Source of the DNA: Nitrososphaerota archaeon
GTDB taxonomy: Archaea > Thermoproteota > Nitrososphaeria_A > Caldarchaeales > Calditenuaceae
Length of the DNA: 64,000 nucleotides
NCBI GenBank assembly: GCA_033581555.1
Contig: JAVQSZ010000001.1
Location: 96,001-160,000, forward strand
Direction of reading: 5' to 3'
Shown here: positions 8,969 to 18,375 of the stretch, in pieces
Numbering within the stretch: position 1 is the stretch's first letter
Layout of the letters: the number at the start of each line of letters is the position of its first letter
Notes under the pieces: model-generated
Told to the model about the DNA's origin: nothing
Databases searched by the model: none
What the model saw: only the letters and a program-made list of their open reading frames with translations
Program-made: the position numbers and the translations under genes

Positions 8969-10630
8969 ATGGCGCTGACCGGCAGGCTCGAGCGCTTCCT
9001 CGCGAACTACATCTATCTCAGCGGGATCAACGTCCTCCCGAGCAGTTACGCCAAGAAGGTGCTCAACCTGCTAATTGCGTCGGCCGCGCTCTCCGGGTTC
9101 CTGATCTACTTCTCGCTGGTCGTCGTGGGCGTTCCTGCTTTCGTGATTATTGGGGTCATGCCGCTGGCCTATTCCGTCTACCTCTTATTCAGGCCTATAG
9201 TGAAGGCGAGAGCCCTTGAGTCCGGCTGCATCAGGGAGCTGCCTTACGTGGCCGCCCTCATGACCTCCTACGCCGCGGTGGGAATTCCGCCTCACAGGAG
9301 CATGGCGGTCGCGGGGATGAAGGAGAGGCTGTTCCCGTACTTCTCCAAGCTGGTCAAGCGGATCGAGACGGTCCGGATAGTGGCCGTTAAGGACGTCCTG
9401 GAGGCGATCGAGGAGGAGGCCGACAAACTCAACTCGCTCACGCTCAAGGACTACCTGCAGTCGGCGGTCGGAGCTGAACGCGGCGGAGGTGGGATGTACA
9501 ACGTCCTGAAGGACAAGATGAGGTCCCTGTTCAACGACCTGAAGGAGAAGTACAAGGCGTTGGGCGACCAGCTCAAGCTCTTCGGAGACCTGCTGCTGGT
9601 CTTCTTCGGGGTGCTACCGCTTCTCCTCTACACGATGCTGACGGTCTTCGCGAGCGACATGGCCATAGACACCTCCCGGACCTTCACGTTCATCATCACG
9701 CCGATGCTGGTCCTGGTCCTCGGGCTGATGATCGACTCGGGATATCCCACGACGCCTCAGAGCTTCGACAAGTACTACGTCAGGACGCTCACCATCGGTC
9801 TGCCCATCGCAGCCGCCGTCGCCGGCGTGATCTACCTCTCTCCGACCGTGGCGGAGGCGGTGCTGGGCGCGAGGCTGCTCCAATACAAGCTCGCATTCGC
9901 GCTGGGAGGCGCCCTCATAGCCATCTCTGCGGTTGGGACTTGGCTCTTTTACAGGGATTACAACTTCATGAACGGAGTAGACTACGCGATCCCGAGCTTC
10001 GTCAGGGACCTGACCGAGGAGGTGAAGAAGGGGAAGAGCCCTGCGATGTCGATGATTTACCTCGCCGAGGTCAGGAGCTACGGGAAGCACTTCGACTCCG
10101 TGCTGCACCACGTCGCGGCACAGCTCAAGATAGGAAGGAGCATCAGGGGGGCCCTCGAGCCTTACAGGGGAAAGATTTCTTGGAGGTCCGAGCTGATCCT
10201 CGACCTGATCGCAGACGCTGAGGAACTCGGCGCCCAGAGGGAGATCTTCGAGGAGCTGACCGAGATCAGCAGGGAGGTTAGGGACGCGATTCGGGTCGCT
10301 AAGGCGAAGACGACCGGGTTCAAGTTCTTCGGGCTGATGGTGGCTGTCTTAATGATCTTCATCGCAGCTCTTTTGATCAAGCAGATCATCGTCCCTCTGT
10401 CAAACTTGGCTGTGACCATACCCCAGACGGTTGGGCTCGGTAGCGTCAGGCTCCTGAGGCCTGATCAGCTCCCGATGCTGATCGACAACATCTCGGCGGG
10501 GATCGTGCTCAACGCGACGTTCCTGGGGATGCTCACCGGGAAGATGAGCGAGGGCATCACGGCCGCGGGCTTCCTCTACGCGGTCATCTACACCACCGCA
10601 GCTGTGATCGCGATGGGGGTGCTGTTCTGA
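8969..10630 (+). CDS. Type II secretion system F family platform protein (TadC/FlaJ-like)
   Basis: Two T2SSF-like cytoplasmic domains (RELPYVAALM; AIPSFVRDLTEEVKKG) with flanking TM helices, directly after the ATPase. Confidence 0.88.
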   Translation: MALTGRLERFLANYIYLSGINVLPSSYAKKVLNLLIASAALSGFLIYFSLVVVGVPAFVIIGVMPLAYSVYLLFRPIVKARALESGCIRELPYVAALMTSYAAVGIPPHRSMAVAGMKERLFPYFSKLVKRIETVRIVAVKDVLEAIEEEADKLNSLTLKDYLQSAVGAERGGGGMYNVLKDKMRSLFNDLKEKYKALGDQLKLFGDLLLVFFGVLPLLLYTMLTVFASDMAIDTSRTFTFIITPMLVLVLGLMIDSGYPTTPQSFDKYYVRTLTIGLPIAAAVAGVIYLSPTVAEAVLGARLLQYKLAFALGGALIAISAVGTWLFYRDYNFMNGVDYAIPSFVRDLTEEVKKGKSPAMSMIYLAEVRSYGKHFDSVLHHVAAQLKIGRSIRGALEPYRGKISWRSELILDLIADAEELGAQREIFEELTEISREVRDAIRVAKAKTTGFKFFGLMVAVLMIFIAALLIKQIIVPLSNLAVTIPQTVGLGSVRLLRPDQLPMLIDNISAGIVLNATFLGMLTGKMSEGITAAGFLYAVIYTTAAVIAMGVLF

Positions 10631-10631
10631 G

Positions 10632-12074
10632 ATGAGGGCTCATTTCGGTCAACGGTCTCCACGACGGTCGAGGAAGAAGGGCCAGGTCATGATAACTGCT
10701 GCGACTGTCATGACGGTCATTCTGCTGATCGTCGCGGCGGGATTGCCAGTGATCAACACCGGCATCGATCCGTCCAGCGAGGTATACGCAATAAGGAGGA
10801 CACTCGCGACGAACCTCGTCCCGCCTCTGGCGATGAGGATGGGGGCCTACCAGTGCGCATCTCAGTTGGTGAACGGAAAGGATCCCGACAGCTATGACCG
10901 AGTCATCGAGGAAGTGATGCAGAAACTCGAGGACAGCCTCAAGAGGAGGATCAAATCCGCGGTCCCAGGTTACGAGGTCCGAGAAATCAGGGTAGAGAAG
11001 GCTAATCTCCGCTCCTCTTGGGACAGGACGGGTTACAGGGCAACTCTAACAGTAGAGGTGGTGGTGGTCGTCTCGTTGAGCCCTGCGAATTCACAGGGCC
11101 TCATCTATGAGGTTAAACATGTTGAGCGGTTCCTGGTCAGCAATGCCCGTGATTTCGGGGGAGAGAACGACTACGCAGAGTCGGACCCTAAGGCTTTGGA
11201 GCCGCTGATGACATTAGTGGGCTTCATCCCGGTCGTAGGTAATATAATTGACGCGGCCCGGGAGATCTTTAACATGACAAAGTGGTCTTTCGGGTTTAAC
11301 GTCGGACTGAACTACTACGATATCTACAAGGGTGATTATGTAACAATAGGAGCACTGAAGAGAAGTGACCTCTGGGGCGTGGAGAGAAACAGAAAGCTTA
11401 ACGAGGGATTAGAGGTCATTCTGCTCAACAGGCATAACGATAAGTCATTCTCTGAGGGATTTGGTGGAATACTCCAGGACCTTAGAATTCTGACTTGGAC
11501 AGAAGGGGACAAAATAGACTGGATTGCGGTAGCGATCTCGTTAATACCGGGGCTCAAGTACGGAAAATTCTTGAATAAGGCAGGAGGATCCAAATCCGAC
11601 CTGGAGGACTCGGAATCACTTTACTCGAGCATCTCAAGAATTGGGAGTAGTCAGAATTTCAAACAGATGATGGAGGAAGCGCAGATGAAGGTGAGAGAGA
11701 TCGTGCAGACGTCCGATAAGCAGGACCTGAAACATCGACTCTTCGCGAACACCAATACTGGTAAACGAATCGGGGGTATCGGCGAAGATGCACAGAAAGC
11801 GATCGTCCTGTCGGCCGCCGAAAAGAAATTGGGGAAGAGTAAACAAATAACCATTATGAACCAATGGAAGGAGGCGTTAGGGGAATACGTAAAACTCGTT
11901 TCCCTCGAGGGACCGAGTTCAGGGAGCGAAGCCCTCTACTCATCTTCATCACAAGACTCGACTGTGAAGTTCCTGAAGGATAACGACCCCTTTGCGGTCT
12001 TCTTTTACACAACCCCTAACGGTCTCATGACGTATTCTGGGTGCGTCTGGTTCGAGGGGATGGCTGAACCATGA
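10632..12074 (+). CDS. Large pilin-like protein with low-GC internal region carrying pre-toxin-TG-like motifs
   Basis: RRSRKKG|QVMITAATVMTVILLIVAA class III signal; internal LVGFIPVVGNIIDAA and DWIAVAISLIPGLKYGKFLNKAG. Confidence 0.7.
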   Translation: MRAHFGQRSPRRSRKKGQVMITAATVMTVILLIVAAGLPVINTGIDPSSEVYAIRRTLATNLVPPLAMRMGAYQCASQLVNGKDPDSYDRVIEEVMQKLEDSLKRRIKSAVPGYEVREIRVEKANLRSSWDRTGYRATLTVEVVVVVSLSPANSQGLIYEVKHVERFLVSNARDFGGENDYAESDPKALEPLMTLVGFIPVVGNIIDAAREIFNMTKWSFGFNVGLNYYDIYKGDYVTIGALKRSDLWGVERNRKLNEGLEVILLNRHNDKSFSEGFGGILQDLRILTWTEGDKIDWIAVAISLIPGLKYGKFLNKAGGSKSDLEDSESLYSSISRIGSSQNFKQMMEEAQMKVREIVQTSDKQDLKHRLFANTNTGKRIGGIGEDAQKAIVLSAAEKKLGKSKQITIMNQWKEALGEYVKLVSLEGPSSGSEALYSSSSQDSTVKFLKDNDPFAVFFYTTPNGLMTYSGCVWFEGMAEP

Positions 12075-12619
12075 GTAGAGGAGCGGTCGAAGACTTGAGG
12101 CGATCAGGACAGGCCAGCGTCACGTTCGTCGTTCTGACCGTTCTCCTAGCGCTGGTGGGCCTAGGTTACTCGATGGCCACCGTGCAGCTGAGCGCGGTCG
12201 AGTCACCGGTGTGGGACGCGGTCGAGTCGATTAACAGGGCGATCCAGAAGGTCTACGGTTTACCGGAAAAGTCCCTGACACTTACCGTTTACGTGCCGAA
12301 GGACTCCGCGATTAGGATCGCAGCGCAGGGGGAGGACCGGTTGGTGATCGAGGCGACCGGCGCCTTCGGCGACAGGAGGTACAGAATCCTCGACGCTGAC
12401 GCGTGGAACATCCTCGACGAGAGGGCGATGAGGCTGACCACCGACGGCCTGCTGACGACGGTGTACGGCAAGCCCCCCGAGTTGCCGATCACGCTCTCCA
12501 ACCGTGAGGTCGTCCTCGGACCCGGGAGGCATACGATCGTACTCAGGAACCTGAACGGATACGTGCTTCAGCTCTTGGTCATCGAGCAAGGGGTTCCGAC
12601 CGAGGTGATCAGGAGGTGA
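12071..12619 (+). CDS. Pilin-like protein
   Basis: RRSG|QASVTFVVLTVLLALVGLGY class III-like signal; overlapping start/stop with both neighbours. Confidence 0.7.
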   Translation: MSRGAVEDLRRSGQASVTFVVLTVLLALVGLGYSMATVQLSAVESPVWDAVESINRAIQKVYGLPEKSLTLTVYVPKDSAIRIAAQGEDRLVIEATGAFGDRRYRILDADAWNILDERAMRLTTDGLLTTVYGKPPELPITLSNREVVLGPGRHTIVLRNLNGYVLQLLVIEQGVPTEVIRR

Positions 12620-15600
12620 ATTCGCTGAGGCTTGGTCCGGCGTTGACGCTCCTGGTGTTGCTGCTCGTGCCCTCGGTGAGCGCCGAGAACTCGCCTTTAC
12701 CTCCCGGAGAGCCGGAGGACCTCGCGATCGCTGTCGCTCCCTCGGGTCACCTGATGGTCTCATACATAGTCGCGTATCCGATGAGTTCGTTAGCGGCCGC
12801 GGCCGATGCGATCCGCGACACCACGGAGGGCTCCGCGGTCCTCCTGCTCAACGTCAGGAGAATGGCGAGCAACGGCACCGCCTTCCTCGAGGTTGCCGGA
12901 CAACCCAGTGAGGCGCGCGTCAACAGCATCGTGAGGGCCTTCGCCTCAGCCACGGGTCTGAGGTTTGAGACGTCCGGCTCCACCGGGCAGTTCATCGCGA
13001 CCGTAACGTGGGGTGACGTAGTCAGGACAGTCGAGGCCCTTAAGCCCGCGACAGTAGGAGGTTTCTCCCCGAACCTCAGAAGGGAGTTCCTCGAACGTTT
13101 CGAGGAGGTCACGGTAGTGGTCAGCGTCTCGAAGATGCGGTGGGGTGTGACCACGTCCCTTGAGGTACGGCTGCTCAGGCAGCTCCAGTTCCCGAGTGGT
13201 GCGAGGGAACACGTGATCGACGTCCTCAGGGAGCTCGGAGTCAGCGATCTCAGGCCCGCGAGGGGTGCTATGCTCAACGTCATCCTGATGCCTCCCTTCG
13301 GGGCCCAGAAGTTCAACTACGAGGTCACCCCCAGATCAATTTCTCTGAGGCCCATCGCGGAGGGCGTCGACGCGCACTTCGCCATGCTGAACGGATCCAG
13401 CGTCATCACATCGCTCCGCTTCGGGTTCACCTACGCGTTCGGGTCCGGCGCGCTCAGGGACCTGCCCACGGACTTCCTCACGTTCGTAGAGAGGATCGAG
13501 AGGGCGGCAGCGCTCGTCAACAGGACCTCCACACCACTCCCAGCTCCGACCACACCACCGGGGCAGCGGCCGGTGCCATCGGATGAGGGCACAGAGGAGG
13601 CACCGGAAACCGAGACTCCCGATGCGGGGACCGTGGAAAGGGCCCCTGCGGGCGGGCCCATGGAAGCGCTGCGGAGAGTGCTCCCGCCGATAGAGGGAGC
13701 GGGCAGGACCATACAGATCGACCCGCTACACCTCCTGGTCATAGTAGTCTCAGCCGCAAGTTTTCTGGCCTTCGCGTCACTCTACGTGAGGGGCAGGGGA
13801 CCGTCGAAGAAGGGAGCGGCCTCTCTGGTCGTGGTCCTGCTGATCACGCTCTCGTTGGTGCTTCCGATAATGGCGATCAGCGCCGTCAGGGCGGAGCGCG
13901 CCTCAGGGGGGCTCGAGTCGATCCTAGAGGTCGAGCAGTTCCATCCGGGAGGAGCGCCATCGGACCTCGAGATACCGCTGCTGTTCCCGGGCTTCAAGAG
14001 GATAGACAAAGTGAGCAAGACCTTCATCTCGTTCGAGGAGATCAACGTCGTCGCGACTCCAGGACTTCACTCGCCTTACGTCCCACAGGGCTTCGAGAAG
14101 CTCCTCGCGACCTTGGGGATGGACCTCAGGCTGATTCAGATGGCAGGCCTGATCTTCGGCGGAGGTCTGAACCCGCTTGGAATGTTCAAGGGCATGACCG
14201 TGGCTCACGGCGCCACTTCGGTCTTTTTGGTGAACGAGGATGTGGGCGCGAACGTCTTCGTGACTTTCAAGGCGAAGCCGAGTGGCACGCTCAAGTCGCT
14301 GCTGAACGTGATCAACACCGTTTACAGAATCGGTTACGCTCTGTACCACTCAACGATCTGCTTCCCCGGGGACGGCTGCCTTCACCCGATCGGCTGGGGG
14401 ATGATGGTCGCCTCTTCCCTTGCGGCCGTTGCGCTCGCTCTCATCGCTCCCGGCTTCATGGTCTACGCGCTCGCCTCGTATCCGGTCGTCGTCAACAACG
14501 AGCTGTACGCGACGTTCTCCTTCAAGGACGGCAAATTTGCGGAGGACGAGGAGAGGCTCTGGCTCGCCGAGGAGAGGTACATGGTCTCTTTGGCCATCCT
14601 GATCATGATACTGAGGGCTCCCACGCTCTCGGGGTGGAGGGGCGCGGAAGGACTCACCGACATCCCGTTGACCGCATCGTTCCACGTCACCTCCGACGCC
14701 GACTCGGGCTGGAGACTGACCGATTTCCTAGGCATCTATTCGGGCGACAGGGGGCTGAAGGTCACGGTGGACTTCAAGGACGCTCTGGGGATATTCGGAC
14801 TCTTCGAGTCTCTCTTCGGTCTCTTCCAAGGCGCGTGGTCCTCTCTGGCCTCACACGTCGCGGGCTCGCTCTCGGAGCAGGAGTCAGTTCTAAGACAGAT
14901 CGCGTTCGAACTCCGGTCGCTGGTTAGAGTCAACGCGCTGCTGGATAGTCCGGTGAGCAAGCTCGATCGCGCGGTGACGCTCCTCGCGGACGCCAGGCTG
15001 AAACTCGGCGCGAGGAACTGCCAGGGCGCTCAGCAGAACGTCGACGGCGCGAGGGCATCGATAAGGAGCGCAATTCAAGACCTCCAGCCGCTCGTCTCGG
15101 ACTCAGGACTCGGTCACCTGATACGCCATTACATAAACGAGCTTGAAAAGGTAGAGGCATCACTCTCCGAGTACACCGAGCAGCTCGATGGGTTGTGCGC
15201 GCCATACAACTTCTCCGCGGAGCCGCCGACCGACCCCGAGTCCATCCCCGACGAGAGGAAGCTCACCCTCACGTTCATCGTGTTGTCCGCAACCCCGATG
15301 GTGACCGAAGCGGTTCACTACAAAACCAGCTCGACGCTCTCGCTGCGAGCGTACTGGGGATGGAACCCCCTGCCGGGCATAGCTTACGGTCTGGAGAGGA
15401 CAGTCAGGGAGATCTTCAGGGTTGCGAGGCTCACCGCGTACAACGCTTTGGACAGGCTGGATGAGGCCGTTGACTTCATCGCGAGCGAGGTCGCTGGGGA
15501 GCTCACGAGACCCCTTAACGCGCTGGTCGGCGGCTTGATTGGAGGGCCGCTCGGCGACTTGAGCGGGGCCCTGAGCCAGATACTGGGGCCGATCAGGTCA

Positions 15601-17088
15601 CTGCTCGAGGGCGTCAGGGGGTTCCTAACCGGTCTTAAGGACGCGATCACTGGGTTCCTCGACAACATCGTCAATCAGATACGGAACTTCGTGAACCTGA
15701 TCAAGCAGACCATCACCTCCCTCGTTAACCAGCTCGTCTCCGCGATCAGCGGTCTGATCTCCTCCGTGGTCGGGGCCCTCCTCGGACCGATAATGAACAT
15801 GGTGAGCCAGCTCTTCAGAGGGTTCGGGTTGCTCGGCGACATCCTCGCAGGCGTAATCAGGGACATGATAACGAACTTCGTGAACGAGTTGATCAGCGGG
15901 TTCGTCCAGGAGATCCTCAACGGTCTGATGCAACCAGTGAACCAGCTCATCAACGGGCTCGACCAGCTGGTGAACCGAATACTCGAACCCATCAACAGGA
16001 TCAAGGAGGCGTTAACGAGATGGCACGACCAGATCGTCTCGACCATCGACCGGTGGTTGGGCGACATCCTCAACCCATTGAACAACGTCCTCTCGGTCGC
16101 CAAATCGGACCTCGCCAACGGTCAGATCAGCGGCCTCGTGACCGCCGCGTTGAGGGAGTTCCTGAGCGGCATGACGCGCCCCGTGAGGGAATCGGTCGAG
16201 GAGGCCGTCAGGAAGCTCAACGAGGCCGAGAGGAAGATACTGGGCTCGCTGATCAGGATCAGGGACTCCATGATCCACCTGAACAACATGCTGAGAGTCC
16301 CTATCATAGGCAGGGGAGGAGTGCTTCAGGCAACCATCGCGGACCTCGGTGAGAGCGCCGCTTCAGACGACTACGGCCGGCTCGGTTCCATCACGATCGA
16401 CACGAGACCCCTGAAGCTGATGCCGGGGTGGTACCACCAGTACGAGATGGTCCTTCACCCCGTCGGCGGTGGCCCATCAGCACCAATTCCGGCCGACTTC
16501 ACCCTACTCTTTGGACCTCTGGAGGAGATCAGGGAGCTCTTCGATGCTCCTCCGCCGAGCGTCGTCCCGGTTAAGGTCAATGAGATCGGCCCGGCGCTGA
16601 GGGGTTGGAGCGTTGACGTCGTGATATTGGGCGACCCGAAGAGGCCGGTGGTCCCGGGAGCATCGGCTACCGCGAGGCTCTTCGTCGTTAAGTCCGACGG
16701 CACCGTTGAGGTGAAGGGACTCGGAGACCTCACCGGGACTCTCATCGCACCGTTCTGTCCGTTCCCGATCGAGAACAACCCACTTCTGGCACCGTTCTGC
16801 CCGTGGCCGATAGAGCAGGGCCCGATGATCGCTCCCTTCGTCCCGTTCCCGATAGAGCGGGAGACGCTGATCGCTCCCTTCGCGCCGTGGCCGATCGAGG
16901 GCGGCCCGTTGCTCTCGCCCTTCGCCCCGTGGCCGATCGAGTACTCGGTCGGAGTCCTGGAGACGCCCTATAACGACCCATCTGCCAGGGCCGTCCCCAG
17001 GATACTGGTACCAGCGGACACGATGACCGGCCCGGTGTTGATCTCGCCCTTCGTCCCGTTCCCGATCGAGCAGACCGCACGGGGGTGA
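12616..17088 (+). CDS. Giant (1490 aa) secreted/membrane protein with helical repeat region and C-terminal 14-aa repeats
   Basis: Sec signal (...VPSVSA|EN), P/T-rich linker, TM hairpin, hydrophobic helices, 11-residue amphipathic repeats, APFxP(F/W)PIE repeats. Confidence 0.8.
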   Translation: MNSLRLGPALTLLVLLLVPSVSAENSPLPPGEPEDLAIAVAPSGHLMVSYIVAYPMSSLAAAADAIRDTTEGSAVLLLNVRRMASNGTAFLEVAGQPSEARVNSIVRAFASATGLRFETSGSTGQFIATVTWGDVVRTVEALKPATVGGFSPNLRREFLERFEEVTVVVSVSKMRWGVTTSLEVRLLRQLQFPSGAREHVIDVLRELGVSDLRPARGAMLNVILMPPFGAQKFNYEVTPRSISLRPIAEGVDAHFAMLNGSSVITSLRFGFTYAFGSGALRDLPTDFLTFVERIERAAALVNRTSTPLPAPTTPPGQRPVPSDEGTEEAPETETPDAGTVERAPAGGPMEALRRVLPPIEGAGRTIQIDPLHLLVIVVSAASFLAFASLYVRGRGPSKKGAASLVVVLLITLSLVLPIMAISAVRAERASGGLESILEVEQFHPGGAPSDLEIPLLFPGFKRIDKVSKTFISFEEINVVATPGLHSPYVPQGFEKLLATLGMDLRLIQMAGLIFGGGLNPLGMFKGMTVAHGATSVFLVNEDVGANVFVTFKAKPSGTLKSLLNVINTVYRIGYALYHSTICFPGDGCLHPIGWGMMVASSLAAVALALIAPGFMVYALASYPVVVNNELYATFSFKDGKFAEDEERLWLAEERYMVSLAILIMILRAPTLSGWRGAEGLTDIPLTASFHVTSDADSGWRLTDFLGIYSGDRGLKVTVDFKDALGIFGLFESLFGLFQGAWSSLASHVAGSLSEQESVLRQIAFELRSLVRVNALLDSPVSKLDRAVTLLADARLKLGARNCQGAQQNVDGARASIRSAIQDLQPLVSDSGLGHLIRHYINELEKVEASLSEYTEQLDGLCAPYNFSAEPPTDPESIPDERKLTLTFIVLSATPMVTEAVHYKTSSTLSLRAYWGWNPLPGIAYGLERTVREIFRVARLTAYNALDRLDEAVDFIASEVAGELTRPLNALVGGLIGGPLGDLSGALSQILGPIRSLLEGVRGFLTGLKDAITGFLDNIVNQIRNFVNLIKQTITSLVNQLVSAISGLISSVVGALLGPIMNMVSQLFRGFGLLGDILAGVIRDMITNFVNELISGFVQEILNGLMQPVNQLINGLDQLVNRILEPINRIKEALTRWHDQIVSTIDRWLGDILNPLNNVLSVAKSDLANGQISGLVTAALREFLSGMTRPVRESVEEAVRKLNEAERKILGSLIRIRDSMIHLNNMLRVPIIGRGGVLQATIADLGESAASDDYGRLGSITIDTRPLKLMPGWYHQYEMVLHPVGGGPSAPIPADFTLLFGPLEEIRELFDAPPPSVVPVKVNEIGPALRGWSVDVVILGDPKRPVVPGASATARLFVVKSDGTVEVKGLGDLTGTLIAPFCPFPIENNPLLAPFCPWPIEQGPMIAPFVPFPIERETLIAPFAPWPIEGGPLLSPFAPWPIEYSVGVLETPYNDPSARAVPRILVPADTMTGPVLISPFVPFPIEQTARG
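16741..17070 (+). repeat. Five tandem 42-bp (14-aa) coding repeats (16741-16950) plus a sixth dispersed copy (about 17038-17070)
   Basis: LIAPFCPFPIENNP / LLAPFCPWPIEQGP / MIAPFVPFPIERET / LIAPFAPWPIEGGP / LLSPFAPWPIEYSV ... LISPFVPFPIE. Confidence 0.95.
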
Positions 17089-17092
17089 AGGC

Positions 17093-17896
17093 TTGAGGTC
17101 TAGGGCAGGGCTCAGCACCGCGGTTCAGACGGCGGCGCTCATCGCGATCACCGCTGGCCTTGCCGTCGCTGTGGTGGCGCTCTGGAGACCTTGGGAGGCA
17201 TCGGGTCAGGCCCAGTCGGCCGCGGTCGCCGTCAGGGTACAACAGATCCACGACCTCCTACTCAGGAGGGAGGGGGCCGTGGTCCTCGCCCATCCCGTGA
17301 TCGTGCGGCCCTTCGCGGAGGCCCACGTGATCGAGGTCGAGTGGAAAGGGAGGAGCGTGATGATACCCGCGGTGGTCAGTGCGATTGAGTACGTGGCTCC
17401 GAAGCAGAGGATCCCCGGAATATACTACCTTGAGCGCGGAATGGTGGACGTCCTGGGCGATTACATCGCGGGTAAAAGGTTGAACTACACGACTACGGGG
17501 ATAGACGTGGTGACATACGCGGTCTACGAGGAGAATGAGGTCAGGATCGTGACCAAAACGCTCCCCTACATCTCGTACTCAATAGATAGGGTGTACAACG
17601 ACGTCGTGGTGACCGTGATGGTCAGGGTGGTCTTCGTTACCCCGTCCCACGCCGACCCCGAGACCTATGGGAGGGTACTGCAAAACGGATACGTCGCGGC
17701 GCCGGGAGACACGCTGACCTTCAGGCTCAACGCCACCCGGAGGACGTTCTACCAGCTCCCCGAGTCGGTGGACGGCGGATCCCTCAGGGTGCTCGTCGAC
17801 GGCGTCGAGGTCCCCCAGTTCAGGTTCTCTACGAGCGAGAGGGCCATCTTCAGGGTCTTCGTCGACTACGTGACCGTCATGGTCTGGGCGAGGTGA
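17093..17896 (+). CDS. Pilin-like protein
   Basis: RSRAG|LSTAVQTAALIAITAGLAVAVVALW class III-like signal, then beta-rich domain. Confidence 0.7.
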   Translation: MRSRAGLSTAVQTAALIAITAGLAVAVVALWRPWEASGQAQSAAVAVRVQQIHDLLLRREGAVVLAHPVIVRPFAEAHVIEVEWKGRSVMIPAVVSAIEYVAPKQRIPGIYYLERGMVDVLGDYIAGKRLNYTTTGIDVVTYAVYEENEVRIVTKTLPYISYSIDRVYNDVVVTVMVRVVFVTPSHADPETYGRVLQNGYVAAPGDTLTFRLNATRRTFYQLPESVDGGSLRVLVDGVEVPQFRFSTSERAIFRVFVDYVTVMVWAR

Positions 17897-17901
17897 GCTG
17901 A

Positions 17902-18375
17902 GTGACCACCTCGTACACCTACATCGTGACGATCGGCGTGATCATGCTGGTGACGTTCACGACCGCGGCCCTCTTCCTCCAACAGGTGAACTCAGTGGAC
18001 TACGCGGCCAAGAGGTCCGCCCTCTCGGTGGCCGCGTCCCACGTGCTCTCCGGGATCTGGAGCGCGGTCGAGGAGGTGAAGCTGACCCAATCGGGAAGGG
18101 AGTTCAAGTCCGTCTCGGTCGGTTTCCCCTTCAGGGCTGAGATAGGGTCCAGTCCTAGGACCGGAGATCTGGTGGTGTGCGTGACCGCTATGGGGATAAC
18201 CTATGAGAGGCCCTTACCCGTGATACAGGGAGTCCAATACGTCCCCTCGGCCTCCGGAGGGGACCGGGTCGGAGTGCTGGTCGAGATGTCGGGAGGGAGG
18301 GCCTCGGTCAGGCTGGTCAACGTCGGTAATGACGGAAACCTGATCTCTGACAACCCCGGCCTCTGCCTGAGATGA
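17902..18375 (+). CDS. Small pilin-like protein
   Basis: TTSYTYIVTIGVIMLVTF N-terminal helix then an amphipathic helix (DUF7266-like pattern, from memory); in operon. Confidence 0.55.
   Translation: MTTSYTYIVTIGVIMLVTFTTAALFLQQVNSVDYAAKRSALSVAASHVLSGIWSAVEEVKLTQSGREFKSVSVGFPFRAEIGSSPRTGDLVVCVTAMGITYERPLPVIQGVQYVPSASGGDRVGVLVEMSGGRASVRLVNVGNDGNLISDNPGLCLR

Noticed and set aside
7163-10630. Archaellum (flaI/flaJ) operon
   Set aside because: No flaH, flaF/G or archaellin-like genes are adjacent; the accessory genes are pilin-like families instead.
16741-16950. 42-bp tandem repeats as a CRISPR array or DGR template/variable repeats
   Set aside because: The repeats are in-frame, vary at synonymous positions and have no unique 30-40-nt spacers; there are no cas or reverse transcriptase genes in the window.
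12616-17088. Provirus or contractile injection system suggested by the tape-measure-like region
   Set aside because: No integrase, capsid, terminase, sheath, tube or baseplate genes were recognised; the context is a pilus operon.
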